The notes beneath the pieces are model-generated. The model saw only the letters and a program-made list of their open reading frames with translations. It ran no database searches and was not told the origin of the DNA. Shown piece after piece: positions 1 through 10,352 of a stretch of DNA of 64,000 nt. Within the stretch, counting starts at the first letter, position 1. Every line of letters begins with the position of its first letter. Origin of the DNA: an uncultured bacterium (GTDB lineage Bacteria; Acidobacteriota; Vicinamibacteria; Vicinamibacterales; Vicinamibacteraceae); assembly GCA_966211945.1 (NCBI GenBank), contig CBIHOS010000005.1, positions 13,665-77,664 on the forward strand, given 5' to 3'. The translations under genes and the position numbers were made by a program.

Positions 1-15
1 ACCCGTTTCCGCCCC

Positions 16-1782
16 TCAGTAAATGTCCGGCTCAGGCGTCGGGTCGCCGCGCTCGAGGAACGCGAAGTCGCAGCCGCTCGGCGCCTGCGACGTCTGCTCC
101 AGGAACAGCCGGCTGTAGCCTCGCCCGTAGCGCCTGGGCGGAGGGGTCCAGGCGGCGCGCCGCGTCGCCAGCTCTTCGTCGCTCACGTGCAGGTGGAGCC
201 GTCGCGCTGCCACGTCGAGCTCGATGGCGTCGCCGTCGCGCACGAACGCCAGCGGTCCACCGATGGCCGACTCCGGCGCCACGTGCAGCACGCAGGTACC
301 GTAGCTGGTGCCCGACATTCGCGCGTCGGAGATGCGCACCATGTCGCGCACGCCCTGCTGCAGGAGCTTCTTCGGGATGGGCAGCATGCCCCACTCCGGC
401 ATGCCCGGCGCCCCGACCGGTCCCGCGTTTCGGAGCACCAGCACGTGGTCGGCCGTCACCGCGAGCGCCGGATCGTCGATCCGCGCCTTGAGGTCGGCGT
501 AGTCGGCAAAGACGAGCGCCGGCCCTGTGTGCTGCAGCAGTTGCGGTTCGGCCGCGGTCGGCTTGATCACGCAGCCATCCGGCGCCAGGTTGCCGCGCAG
601 CACGAACGTGCCGCCGGCGCGGGCGAGCGGCCGCTCGATCGGGCGGATCACGTCGTCGGACAACACCTCGGCGCCGGCGATCGCCTCGCCGAGCGTCACG
701 CCCGCAACCGTCAGGCAGTCCAGCGCGAGGTGCTCGCGCAGCCGCGTGAGCAGGGCGCGCACGCCGCCGGCGTCGTGGAAGTCCTCCATGAGGAACTCGC
801 CGGCCGGCCGCAGGTTGGCAAGCACCGGCACCACGCGCGACATCGCGTCGAAGTCGTCGATCGACAGCGGCACACCGGCCCGCCGCGCCATCGCGATGAG
901 GTGGATGATGGCGTTTGTCGAGCCGCACAGCGCCATGTCCGCGACGATGCCGTTGCGGAACGCGCTGGCCGTCAGGATGCGCGACGGCCGCAGGTCCTCC
1001 CACACGAGATCGACGGCCCGCCGGCCGCAGGCCGACGCCATGCGGCTGTGCGCGGCATGCACCGCGGGAATCGTCGCTGCGCCTGGCAGCGTCATGCCCA
1101 GCGCCTCGGTGATCGACGCCATGGTGGACGCCGTGCCCATCGTCATGCAGGTGCCGCTCGAGCGGGCGATGCCCTCCTCGACGAGGCGCATCGCGCAGTC
1201 GTCGAGGTTGCCGGCCTTGCGCTCGGCCCAGTACTTCCAGACGTCGGTGCCGCTGCCGAGGCGTTCGGTGCGGTAGCGGCCCGCCAGCATCGGCCCGGCC
1301 GGCATGAAGATCGCCGGCAGATCGGCGGAGATGGCGCCCATCAGGAGCCCGGGCACCGTCTTGTCGCAGCCGCCCATCAGCACCACGCCGTCGATCGGAT
1401 GGGCCCGCAACACCTCCTCGACTTCGAGGGCGAGCAGGTTCCGGTGGAACATCGCCGTCGGCTTGACGAACATCTCCGACAGCGACAGCACCGGCATCTC
1501 GACGGGGAAGCCGCCGGCCTGCCACACGCCGCGCTTGACGTCCTCCACACGCTCCGGGAAGTGCCCGTGGCACTGCTGCAGGTCGCTCCACGTGTTGAGG
1601 AGGGCGATGACCGGCTTGCCCTCCGCATCGTCGGCCGCGTACCCCATCTGCCTGAGGCGGCTGCGGTGGCCGAAGCTGCGGAGATCGTCGGGCGCGAACC
1701 AGCGTTGCGAGCGGAGGTCGCTCACCGCGCGGCGGGCAGGTCGTGCCGGTCCGGTCGAGGCCGTGTCACGTGCGTCGGTCAT
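16..1782 (-). CDS. IlvD/Edd-family dehydratase, sugar-acid (L-arabinonate/D-xylonate dehydratase-like) subgroup
   Basis: Motifs NTWSDLQQCH, GGCDKTVPG, GTCMTMGTASTM, SDARMSGTSYG, HVAPE. Start re-picked at the ATG at 1782 (MTDARD...). Confidence 0.9.
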   Translation of the reverse strand: MTDARDTASTGPARPARRAVSDLRSQRWFAPDDLRSFGHRSRLRQMGYAADDAEGKPVIALLNTWSDLQQCHGHFPERVEDVKRGVWQAGGFPVEMPVLSLSEMFVKPTAMFHRNLLALEVEEVLRAHPIDGVVLMGGCDKTVPGLLMGAISADLPAIFMPAGPMLAGRYRTERLGSGTDVWKYWAERKAGNLDDCAMRLVEEGIARSSGTCMTMGTASTMASITEALGMTLPGAATIPAVHAAHSRMASACGRRAVDLVWEDLRPSRILTASAFRNGIVADMALCGSTNAIIHLIAMARRAGVPLSIDDFDAMSRVVPVLANLRPAGEFLMEDFHDAGGVRALLTRLREHLALDCLTVAGVTLGEAIAGAEVLSDDVIRPIERPLARAGGTFVLRGNLAPDGCVIKPTAAEPQLLQHTGPALVFADYADLKARIDDPALAVTADHVLVLRNAGPVGAPGMPEWGMLPIPKKLLQQGVRDMVRISDARMSGTSYGTCVLHVAPESAIGGPLAFVRDGDAIELDVAARRLHLHVSDEELATRRAAWTPPPRRYGRGYSRLFLEQTSQAPSGCDFAFLERGDPTPEPDIY

Positions 1783-1830
1783 GGCGGCAGGCTGGCAAAA
1801 ACGGTCGCGGAAGTCTACGCTAACCGCCTC

Positions 1831-3549
1831 TTGAGTCCACTTCCGATCCTGGCGGTCGCGCTCGCGCTCGTGATCACCGGCGTGCTGGTCCTCCGGCTGC
1901 ACGCGTTCCTCACGTTGATCGTCGCGGCGCTCGCCGTGGCGGCGCTCACGCCCGCCTCGTCGATCGAGCGCTACGAACTCACCCGCGAAGGCGTGCGGAT
2001 CGACCGTGTCACCGACAACGGCCGGCTGCTTCACGTCACCGCGCGGCAGGGGCAGCTCTCGACGACCACCACCTACGACGTCTATCGGCTGGGCAAGGGA
2101 CGCCAGAGGCCGACCCGTCTCGGCACCGCCACCGTCGCGCCGGCCGCGTCGCCGTCCGGTCGCCCCGTTGGCGACGTCGTCCTCGTCGGCGAGGTCGTCG
2201 CAGGCACGACGATCTCCGCTGAAGACTGGGTCACGACGTCGACCGTCGCGCGCACCGCGTCGCGCCTGGCCGGAGAGACGATCGGGCGTCGTGTCGCGGA
2301 GGGGTTCGGCCGGACCGCGCTCGACATCGGCATCCTCATCGCGATGGCCTCCATCCTCGGAGGCTGCCTCATGGCCGCCCGCGGCGCCGAACGCATCGTC
2401 GTCTCGCTGCGACGGGGCCTCGGCGCCTCGCGCACGCCGCTCGCGTTCCTCGCCAGCGGCTTCCTGCTCGGCATTCCAATCTTCGCCGAGGCCGTCTTCT
2501 ATCTGCTGCTCCCGCTCGCCAAGGCGATGTGGCAGGACACCCGCAAGCGCTACGTCCTCTTCGTGCTCGCCATCGTCGCCGGCGCGACGATGACGCATTC
2601 GCTCGTCCCGCCAACGCCAGGCCCGCTCTTTGTGGCCGATGCGATGGGCATCAGCATCGCGTTGATGATGCAGCAGGGGATGATCGTCGCGGCGCTGGCG
2701 GCGCTGGCCGGCTATTCATACGCCCTGTACGCCGATCGGCGGTGGGGCGGCGAGGTCCACCCCGTCCTCGCCGGCGAGGGCGCCGTGCCGGTCGGAGACG
2801 ACGCGCCGGTCGTCATCAAGCCGCGGCTGCCGCCGCTGATGCTGTCGCTGCTGCCGATTCTGCTGCCCGTCGTCCTCATCAGTGCCGAGTCGGCACTGGG
2901 CACCTCCACTCATGGCCTGCCGGCCTGGGTCGTGACGGCCATCCATGTCCTCGGCGACAAGAACCTGGCCCTCACCGTGTCGGCGGGCTGTGCGCTTGCG
3001 CTGCTCTACGCATATGCGCCGATTCCGCTGTCGGCGGGATCGACCCCGGCAGCACAGTCTGCGGCGCGCGCCGACGCGATTCGCCGAACGGTGCGCGAAG
3101 GTGTGGTCGAGGCCGGCGAGATCATCCTGGTCATCGCCGGTGGTGGCGCACTCGGTGCGGTCCTCCGGCAGGCCGGCATGGCCGAACTCGCGGCCGCAAC
3201 CGTTCCGGAGCACAAGCTGTTGCTGCTGCCGATCGCCTGGGGCATCACCGCCCTCGTGCGCATCGCGCAGGGCAGCGCCACTGTCGCGATGATCACCGCG
3301 GTCGGCATCATCGGACCGATCGCGCTGGCGAGCCAGCTGCCGTACCACCCGGTGTACGTCGCCGTGGCGATCGGGTGCGGATCGAAGGTCGGCATGTGGA
3401 TGAACGACAGCGGCTTCTGGGTCATCTCGCGGATGAGCGGGATGACCGAAGCGCAGACGTTGAAGACCGCGAGCGCGATGGTCTTCGTGGAAGGGTGCGC
3501 CGGGCTGGTCGTGACCGTTGTGCTCGCGCTCGTCTGGCCGCGGCTGTGA
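1831..3549 (+). CDS. GntP-family gluconate/sugar-acid:H+ symporter with an inserted soluble domain
   Basis: LRLHAFLTL N-terminus, THSLVPPTPGP, RIAQGSATVAMITA, WMNDSGFWVI. TTG start at 1831 inferred; divergent from the dehydratase. Confidence 0.85.
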   Translation: MSPLPILAVALALVITGVLVLRLHAFLTLIVAALAVAALTPASSIERYELTREGVRIDRVTDNGRLLHVTARQGQLSTTTTYDVYRLGKGRQRPTRLGTATVAPAASPSGRPVGDVVLVGEVVAGTTISAEDWVTTSTVARTASRLAGETIGRRVAEGFGRTALDIGILIAMASILGGCLMAARGAERIVVSLRRGLGASRTPLAFLASGFLLGIPIFAEAVFYLLLPLAKAMWQDTRKRYVLFVLAIVAGATMTHSLVPPTPGPLFVADAMGISIALMMQQGMIVAALAALAGYSYALYADRRWGGEVHPVLAGEGAVPVGDDAPVVIKPRLPPLMLSLLPILLPVVLISAESALGTSTHGLPAWVVTAIHVLGDKNLALTVSAGCALALLYAYAPIPLSAGSTPAAQSAARADAIRRTVREGVVEAGEIILVIAGGGALGAVLRQAGMAELAAATVPEHKLLLLPIAWGITALVRIAQGSATVAMITAVGIIGPIALASQLPYHPVYVAVAIGCGSKVGMWMNDSGFWVISRMSGMTEAQTLKTASAMVFVEGCAGLVVTVVLALVWPRL

Positions 3550-3619
3550 GTCGCGCCGCTCCGACGGCGTTCGTCACGCGCGGCATCCACGCATCGGCAC
3601 GGCAACGCGCCGACGCACG

Positions 3620-6600
3620 TCAACGCCGCCGGTAGCCGTCGCTCGCTTCGCCAATCATTCCGCGCTCGACCAGGCGATCGATGGCCGCGTCCAGCGCGGC
3701 CGACAACGTCGAGCCGATCCGCTCGAACCCGAGGGCCGCCCGCGCTGCCGCCAGGACGGACTCGCGCCTCACACCGGTTCCCGGCGAGAGCGTCGCCAGG
3801 ACCGCGGCGTCGAACTCTTCGGGCGCAATCCGCTCCGCACCGATTCCGGTACCCGCGCGGTCGCGTACGGCGCAGATCGACGGGTCGGCCCACAGGAATG
3901 CACCGCGCGTGGAGATCGCCCCAGCCGCGCCCGCGCCTGCGATCGCGCCCTGCACCCGTTCGCGGATGCGCGCGCCGACGCGCTGGTCCCAGAACGATGC
4001 GACGCGCGTCACGACGTCGTCCTCGTGGACCGGCGACTCCTCGGCGACGATCGCGGTGACGATGCGCGTCAGTTCGCGTTCGGGACAATCGAGGACCGTC
4101 TCGCCAGGCACTGACGAGGGACGCTGGGATTTCACGTACGGACGCGCTTCCGTTACGGGTGGCGGTGCCGGAGCGGCGGGCGGGCGCGCGCTGGCGGCCT
4201 CCGTGGCCGGCGGCTCCTTGTCGAGCGACAGGTCGACGATGTCGGGAATCGCCGCGGCGGCCTCGCGCGCCGTCCGCGCCTCGGCCTGGGCGTGCGCGAT
4301 GGCGGCCGTCAGTCGTTCCAGCTGGCCGTGCCGGTCCTTGAACCAGTCGGTGCTCCACAGGCGAAGGATTCGCCAGCCGCGGGCTTCCAGCACCTGCTGG
4401 CGCAGGCGATCGCGATCGCGGGCGGTGTCCGAGGAGTGGTAGGCGACACCGTCGCATTCGATGCCGAGCAGGAAGCGGCCGGGCGCATCGGGGTCGCGCA
4501 CGCCGATGTCGATGCGGTAGCCGGCGACGCCGACCTGCGGTTCGACCAGGAAGCCACGGCGCTGCAGGTCCTGCACCACCTCGCGTTCGAACGGCGATTC
4601 GGTGGCTGCGGCGCGGGTCACCGACGGGTGGTCGAGGCGGCCGGACTCGGCGTAGTCGAGGAAGGCCTCGAGCAGCGGCCCGCCCCGCGACTGCCCGCCG
4701 TGGATGTCGCCAGCCCGCATCGACGAGAACACGCGCATGGCGCGACGCGCGCGCGTGGTGATGACGTTGAGCCGGCGCCAGCCGTTGTCGCCGTTGAGCG
4801 GCCCGAACTGCTGGCGCAGGCGTCCGTCGCGGCCCTTCGCGTACGTCACGCTGAGAAAGATGACGTCGCGCTCGTCGCCCTGGATGTTCTCGAGGTTCTT
4901 GACGAAGAACGGCTCGTCGCGACTGCGGTCGAAGAACGGCTCGATCGCCGGATCGGCGCGGCGCCGCTCTTCGAGCAAGTCCTGGATGGCCAGTTGCTGG
5001 CGGAGGTTGAACGTGCCGACGCCGAGCGAGCGTGGCGTCCGCCCAGCCGCCGTCGCCGCCAGCTGCTCGCGCGCGAACGCGACCACTGCATCGGCCACCC
5101 GTCGCGCTTCGGCCAGGTTGAGGCCCTTGCCTTCGTAGACGCCGTCGCTCACGTGCTCGAGCCGCAGACCGTGCGTGTCCGACAACGGTTCCACGCTCGG
5201 GAACGTCAGCAGGTCGCCGTCGTAGAAGGTGACGTTCGAGAACGAGATGAGCGACTCGTGGGCGCTGCGGTAGTGCCACGTGAGACGGCTCATCGGCACG
5301 CCGCAGCCCATGAACGCCTCGAGGATGCTCTCGGCGTCCGGGAGCGGCAGGGCCTCGTCCTCGTCGATTGGCGGCGCGTCCGGCGCCGCCGCGAAGAAGC
5401 TCGTCGGCGGCAACTGCTTCGGGTCGCCGACCACGACGAGCTGTCGGCCCCTCGCGACCGATCCGACGGCGTCTTCCGGCGGCAGCTGCGACGCCTCGTC
5501 GAAGACCACGAGGTCGAAGGACGGCGCGTCGCCGCGGGTGAACTGCGCGACCGAGAGCGGGCTCATGAGGAAGACCGGCTTGATCGCCCTCACGGCCGCA
5601 TCGGCCAGGCGCAGCGTCTCGCGTATCGGCCGATGGTTGCGCTGCTTGGCCATCTCGCGACGCAGGATGGGCATGGCCTGATCGACGTCGTCTTCGCGCA
5701 AGCGTGTCTGCACGCGGCCGCGCAGCGTGGCGACGAGGCGGGCGCGGTTGGCGATCAGCACCTGCCGGTCGAGCGCCTGGAACTCGCGCACGCGCTGGTC
5801 GTGCGTGAGTGCCTGGAAGCGGGCGAGCGGCGGCCGTTCGGCGACGGCCCGGGCCAGCCACGCGAACCAGAACGTGCGAAGGAACGCGCGCGGCAGGTCG
5901 GCCATCGTCGCGCCGTCGGCCGCGGCGAGCGCCGGCGCGGCGACGGTCTCGCGGACGTCCTGCCTCGCGGCCACGTACCCGCCCCAGCGCCCCGCCAGCG
6001 CTGCGTGCTCGACCAGGCCTCGCAGCCGCGTGCCGAGTTCACCGAACGCCAGCGCGGCAAGCGCCGTCGTGCCGCCGTCCCACTGCACCAGGGCGGCGAA
6101 CGTATCGAGGCGCGCCGACAGACCGCCCACCGCCTCCTCGAGCCGGACGACGGCCGACAGGTCGACGTCGCCACGTGCCGCAACGGCCATCGCCGTGTCG
6201 TCGAACTCGCCGCGGCCGTACGCCGCCCGGAACTCGACGGCCCACGCGGCAAACGCATCGAGCCCGTCGGCCGACGACGAGGCGCCCCGCCAGTGGCTGC
6301 CGAACAGCGCCGTGGCGCGCGGTGTCAGCGCTGCGAGCCGGTCGTTGGCCTGCCGCACCGCCGCCACCGCCTTCAGGTCGTGCGCCTGCTCGGCATACGA
6401 GGACGGCGTGTACGCCGGCAGCCGATACGTCAGCCAGCGCTGACGGATCGCGCGCTGTCTGGAGTCGAGCCACCAGAACCACGTGCCCAGCAGGCCGGCG
6501 TGCTCCTCCATGTAGCCGATGTCGGCGCCGTGGTCGCCATCGCGGGCTTCCGGCGTGAAGCGCGCCGCCACCGACTGCTCGAGGCGCTGCGCCTCGCGCA

Positions 6601-8443
6601 CCGCTGCGGTGATCGCGGCGGCGTCAGGCGGTACGGCGTCCCACTCGCTGGAACGCAGGATGTCGACCGACGCGCCCGGGCTTCGCCGGAGCAGGTCAGC
6701 CGCGGCGAGCACGCCGTCGAGGCCGGACACCGAGGTCAGTGTCGGCACGCCGATCAGACGGCTGGCCTCGGCGGCAAGCCCTTCGACGTCCGCCACGGCG
6801 CGCGCGGCGTCGCGCGCGGCGTCCACGACCGCATCGAGCTGGTCCTGCGGATAGAAGGTGCGGGTCGTGTCCCGCCACGGATGCGTGCGAGGGTCGCCCG
6901 CTGCCTCCGCCGCGCTGGCCAGCGCCTGCAGGCGCGAGCGCGCGTCGTCCAGTTGGGGCCGGGTGATCGCGGCGACGTCGAGATCGCACGGCAGCCGCGG
7001 CGCGTCGAGCACGTGCGCCAGCTCGCCGTAGCCGCCGTACGGTGTGACCTGCAGCGCGCCGAACGGCGCGTGGAGCGCCTCGACGTACGCGCCGAGCGCC
7101 GATCTGACCTCGCGCAGGGCAGCGCCGTGATCGGGCGCGTCCGGCGCCGGCTGCAGCGACGCGTCGAGGGCGCCGGCGATGCTGCGGATGACCTCGCGCT
7201 TGCTCGCCTTGGTGGAATGGAGCTCGAGGCAGAATTCACCCAGGCCGGCCTCCTGCAGCCGCCGGTGCACGACGTCGAGGGCGGCCATCTTCTCGGCCAC
7301 GAAGAGCACGCTCTTGCCGCCGTGCAGGGCCTGCGCGATGAGGTTCGTGATCGTCTGAGACTTGCCGGTGCCCGGCGGACCTTCGACCACGAGGTCGTAG
7401 CCGCGATCGGCGGCCGCGAGCGCGCGCTGCTGGCTGCCGTCGGCGTCCACGACGTGCGCACCGCGTTCCGGCGGGTAGGACTCGTCCAGCCGCGCCTGCC
7501 GGACGTCGTCGGGCAGACCGAGCCCGCCGCCGGGCACGCTGCCGCGCCGCGTGATCAGCTGGGTGACCAGGCGATGCGCCGTCAGCGGGCCGGCGTTGGC
7601 CTCGAGATCCTTGTACATGACCAGCTTCTGGAACGCGAAGAGTCCGAGGAAGACGTCTGTCGTCAGGGTCCACGGCCGATTGGCCCGGGCGGCGGGCAGC
7701 CTGGCGATCACGGCCTGGACCTCCGCGAGGAACGGCTGGAGGCTCGTCTCGGCGTCCGACGGCAGATCGGGCAGGGACACGTCGTGCTGGCGCCGGAGCA
7801 GTTCGACGAGCGCCGGGTTGACCATCGGCTCGTCGTCGCCCGGTTCGAGCACGAACGGACTGCGGGCCGATTCACGGCGCAGCGACACCGGTACGAGCAC
7901 GAGCGGCGCCCGGAACACCTCGTCGGACGCCTCCGCCTCCGTGTAGTGCAGCAGGCCGAGGGTCAGGAAGAGCGTGTTGACGCCCTGCTCCTCGACCGAC
8001 AACCGCGCCTGCTCCTCGATGCGGCGCAGCGAGCGATCGAGCGCCTCGGCATCCAGCGTGGTCTGGAGCACGGTGTCCGTGTGCGCGCCCTGGAGTGTGT
8101 CCGGCGTGTAGGCCGCGATGGCGGCTCCGCCGGTCACGTGCTCCTCGCCGGCGAACGGGTCCTCGCCGTCGGCAGTGGCCGACCCGGTCGGCTCGGTCGG
8201 CCTACTCGACCCCGTGGGCCCGGCCGCCGCCGTCCGGGCCGCCACGGCGAAAGTCAGCGCCCGCTCCTCGTGCACGAGCAGCCGATAGATCTCGGCCGGC
8301 AGTTCGTCGACGATGGCGACGGTCGAGACCTTGAGGGGGCGAAAGTTCAGGGCCCGGTTGCGCCGGGTGAGGTCGAGCAGCTGCCGCTTCCAGGTTCCCA
8401 CTGCCTCCTGGACCTTCGCCTGAACGTGATCCTGGCTGGCCAC
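3620..8443 (-). CDS. DUF4011 - SF1 (UPF1-like) helicase - Vsr/MTES_1575-like endonuclease - DUF3320-like wHTH protein (Hhe-type)
   Basis: N-terminal WKRQLLDLTRRNRALNF; Walker A GPPGTGKSQT (7358-7381); VVFDEASQ, VVGDPKQLPP, HYRS, NIQGDERD, NVITTRAR; C-terminal ESPFEREV...IECDGVAYHS...RDRLRQQVLEARGW. GTG start at 8443 (8482 is an alternative). Confidence 0.85.
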   Translation of the reverse strand: MASQDHVQAKVQEAVGTWKRQLLDLTRRNRALNFRPLKVSTVAIVDELPAEIYRLLVHEERALTFAVAARTAAAGPTGSSRPTEPTGSATADGEDPFAGEEHVTGGAAIAAYTPDTLQGAHTDTVLQTTLDAEALDRSLRRIEEQARLSVEEQGVNTLFLTLGLLHYTEAEASDEVFRAPLVLVPVSLRRESARSPFVLEPGDDEPMVNPALVELLRRQHDVSLPDLPSDAETSLQPFLAEVQAVIARLPAARANRPWTLTTDVFLGLFAFQKLVMYKDLEANAGPLTAHRLVTQLITRRGSVPGGGLGLPDDVRQARLDESYPPERGAHVVDADGSQQRALAAADRGYDLVVEGPPGTGKSQTITNLIAQALHGGKSVLFVAEKMAALDVVHRRLQEAGLGEFCLELHSTKASKREVIRSIAGALDASLQPAPDAPDHGAALREVRSALGAYVEALHAPFGALQVTPYGGYGELAHVLDAPRLPCDLDVAAITRPQLDDARSRLQALASAAEAAGDPRTHPWRDTTRTFYPQDQLDAVVDAARDAARAVADVEGLAAEASRLIGVPTLTSVSGLDGVLAAADLLRRSPGASVDILRSSEWDAVPPDAAAITAAVREAQRLEQSVAARFTPEARDGDHGADIGYMEEHAGLLGTWFWWLDSRQRAIRQRWLTYRLPAYTPSSYAEQAHDLKAVAAVRQANDRLAALTPRATALFGSHWRGASSSADGLDAFAAWAVEFRAAYGRGEFDDTAMAVAARGDVDLSAVVRLEEAVGGLSARLDTFAALVQWDGGTTALAALAFGELGTRLRGLVEHAALAGRWGGYVAARQDVRETVAAPALAAADGATMADLPRAFLRTFWFAWLARAVAERPPLARFQALTHDQRVREFQALDRQVLIANRARLVATLRGRVQTRLREDDVDQAMPILRREMAKQRNHRPIRETLRLADAAVRAIKPVFLMSPLSVAQFTRGDAPSFDLVVFDEASQLPPEDAVGSVARGRQLVVVGDPKQLPPTSFFAAAPDAPPIDEDEALPLPDAESILEAFMGCGVPMSRLTWHYRSAHESLISFSNVTFYDGDLLTFPSVEPLSDTHGLRLEHVSDGVYEGKGLNLAEARRVADAVVAFAREQLAATAAGRTPRSLGVGTFNLRQQLAIQDLLEERRRADPAIEPFFDRSRDEPFFVKNLENIQGDERDVIFLSVTYAKGRDGRLRQQFGPLNGDNGWRRLNVITTRARRAMRVFSSMRAGDIHGGQSRGGPLLEAFLDYAESGRLDHPSVTRAAATESPFEREVVQDLQRRGFLVEPQVGVAGYRIDIGVRDPDAPGRFLLGIECDGVAYHSSDTARDRDRLRQQVLEARGWRILRLWSTDWFKDRHGQLERLTAAIAHAQAEARTAREAAAAIPDIVDLSLDKEPPATEAASARPPAAPAPPPVTEARPYVKSQRPSSVPGETVLDCPERELTRIVTAIVAEESPVHEDDVVTRVASFWDQRVGARIRERVQGAIAGAGAAGAISTRGAFLWADPSICAVRDRAGTGIGAERIAPEEFDAAVLATLSPGTGVRRESVLAAARAALGFERIGSTLSAALDAAIDRLVERGMIGEASDGYRRR

Positions 8444-8529
8444 CGCCGCATGGTACCCGGCGTTGCCTCCGTTCGGACGCATCTGGCCGGACGTTCACCG
8501 TACAGGACCCACCTCTCCCGGAGTCGAAT

Positions 8530-9489
8530 GTGCGGATCAGTCGTGCCCTCTCGCTGTCGTTGATTGCCCTGGCCGTTTCAGCCTCTTTCAGCCAGCCGGT
8601 GTTCGCCCAGAATGCAGCCGCCCTCAAGAAGGCGTTCGAGGGGCGGGAAGTGACCGTGTTGCTGGACATGCCGGCCAGCCACAAGGGCGTCGACCTGTAC
8701 CTCCAGCAGGAGCCGGAGATCAACTTCGCCGACTACGCCGAGCGGACCAAGGACTTCGGCGTGTCGCTCCGCAAGGAGGACCGCGTGATGGTCACGCTCA
8801 TCAAGGTGAACAAGAAGAACATCGAGATTCACCTGGGCGGCGGCGGCTACGGCACGTTCGGCGACGATTCCGGATACGTCTCGCCGACCTACGTTGGCAA
8901 GTCGAGCCGCGAGCGCGACCTCGAGAAGGAGCGCAACCGCACCACTGACGGCAGCCGGAGACGACAGATCGATCGTGAGCTGGGCTACCTGCGCGACGCG
9001 CGTGAGCGCGAGCAGCGGGCCAACCAGCGCGAGGCCGAGGCGTTGTCGGCGATCAAGAAGTCCGAAGTCGCGAGCAAGCGGCTCGATGGCGGCTCCCGGT
9101 TCAACATCTGGTACGCGGACAAGCGCCTCGAGCAGTGGACGCCGACGCCCGAGGAGCTGATGTACTCGCTGGCCAAGTACCTCGACTTCGGCGACGGGCG
9201 CAACGGCGACGGCGTGCCTGGCCTGTCGCGCGGGGCGCCTGCCCGGCTGAACCTCGCCGACAACGGCCGGAACCAGGCGTCGCAGGACGTCGAGACCGCC
9301 GCCCTGTCGCTGCGACGCGGCCAGAGCACCGAGGACGTGCACGACCTGCTCGGCCGGCCGACGCGCCGCCGTTCGAGCAAGCAGGGCGATCTCGAGGCCG
9401 TCATCGAGACCTGGGAGACCACCGACAGCGTCACCGAGGTGACCTTCGTCGGCGGCGTCGTCGTGAAGTTCACATCGTCGAGCAAGTGA
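8530..9489 (+). CDS. Secreted hypothetical protein with a coiled-coil core and a C-terminal SmpA/OmlA(BamE)-like domain
   Basis: Signal peptide ending ...PVFA-Q; C-terminus LRRGQSTEDVHDLLGRP...VTFVGGVV; paralogue of the next gene. Confidence 0.65.
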   Translation: MRISRALSLSLIALAVSASFSQPVFAQNAAALKKAFEGREVTVLLDMPASHKGVDLYLQQEPEINFADYAERTKDFGVSLRKEDRVMVTLIKVNKKNIEIHLGGGGYGTFGDDSGYVSPTYVGKSSRERDLEKERNRTTDGSRRRQIDRELGYLRDAREREQRANQREAEALSAIKKSEVASKRLDGGSRFNIWYADKRLEQWTPTPEELMYSLAKYLDFGDGRNGDGVPGLSRGAPARLNLADNGRNQASQDVETAALSLRRGQSTEDVHDLLGRPTRRRSSKQGDLEAVIETWETTDSVTEVTFVGGVVVKFTSSSK

Positions 9490-10352
9490 TGCGCCTCGCA
9501 GGGCGGTGCCTCGGCGCCGGCTGGCTGACCGTACTGCTGGCCGCCGGGCCCGCGTCCGCGCAGCCCGCCGGCGCGGCCGCCGCGCTGAAGGCCGCGCTCG
9601 AGGGCCGGCAGGTCACGGTGCTGATCGACATGCCTGCCACGTCCGGTGGAGTCGATCTGTACCCGCAGCGCGAGCCCGACATCGACGCAGCCACCCACGG
9701 GCTCCGCCTGAAGACGATGGGCACGGCGATCCGCCGAGGCGACCGCGTGCCGATCACGCTGATCAAGGTCAACAAGAAGAACATCGAGGTGCAGCTCGCC
9801 GGCGGCGGCTACGGCACGCGTGGAGACGACGTGGCGATCCTCGTGCCCATCATCGCGTCCAAGACGACCCGCGAGCGCGACCTCGAGCGAGAGCGCGATC
9901 GGGCGCGCGACCCGGCGCGCCGGCGCGAGCTCGAACAGGAGTTGCGCGGGCTGGCGGACGACCGTCAGCGCGACGCCGTGGCGGCCAACCAGCGGGCGGA
10001 ACTTGCGCACGCGGTCAAGCAGGCCGAGATCGCCCGCAAGCGCCTCGAGAAGGGCTCGCGTTTCAACGTCTGGTATCCCGACAAGCGGCTGGAGCAGTGG
10101 GTGCCGTCGCCGGAAGATTTCCGGCAGGCGCTGTCGCAGTACGTGAGCTTCAGCGATCCGCGGCTGGCATCGCTGCGTCGCGGCATGAAGGTGGCCGACG
10201 TCTACAGCCTGCTCGGGTTCCCCGACCGCCGGCGCCCGACGCGCGAGGGCGAGTTCACGGCCAGCGTCGAGAACTGGGGCACACGTACCGGGGCGATCGA
10301 GATTACATTCGTCGACGGCCTCGTCGTGAAGGTCACATCATCGAGCAAGTGA
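9489..10352 (+). CDS. Secreted hypothetical protein, tandem paralogue of 8530-9489
   Basis: ATG overlaps the upstream TGA; shared motifs LIKVNKKNIE, GGGYGT, GSRFN(I/V)WY.DKRLEQW.P.PE, and the TSSSK C-terminus. Confidence 0.7.
   Translation: MRLAGRCLGAGWLTVLLAAGPASAQPAGAAAALKAALEGRQVTVLIDMPATSGGVDLYPQREPDIDAATHGLRLKTMGTAIRRGDRVPITLIKVNKKNIEVQLAGGGYGTRGDDVAILVPIIASKTTRERDLERERDRARDPARRRELEQELRGLADDRQRDAVAANQRAELAHAVKQAEIARKRLEKGSRFNVWYPDKRLEQWVPSPEDFRQALSQYVSFSDPRLASLRRGMKVADVYSLLGFPDRRRPTREGEFTASVENWGTRTGAIEITFVDGLVVKVTSSSK

Noticed and set aside
187-1830. N-terminal ~550 aa of the 1120-aa ORF fused to GntP
   Set aside because: Antisense to the dehydratase; the real permease starts near 1831.
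4292-8563. 1423-aa + strand ORF (and 3006-5861 on -)
   Set aside because: Shadow frames of the helicase gene; Arg/Ala/Gly-rich with no motifs, as expected in high-GC DNA.
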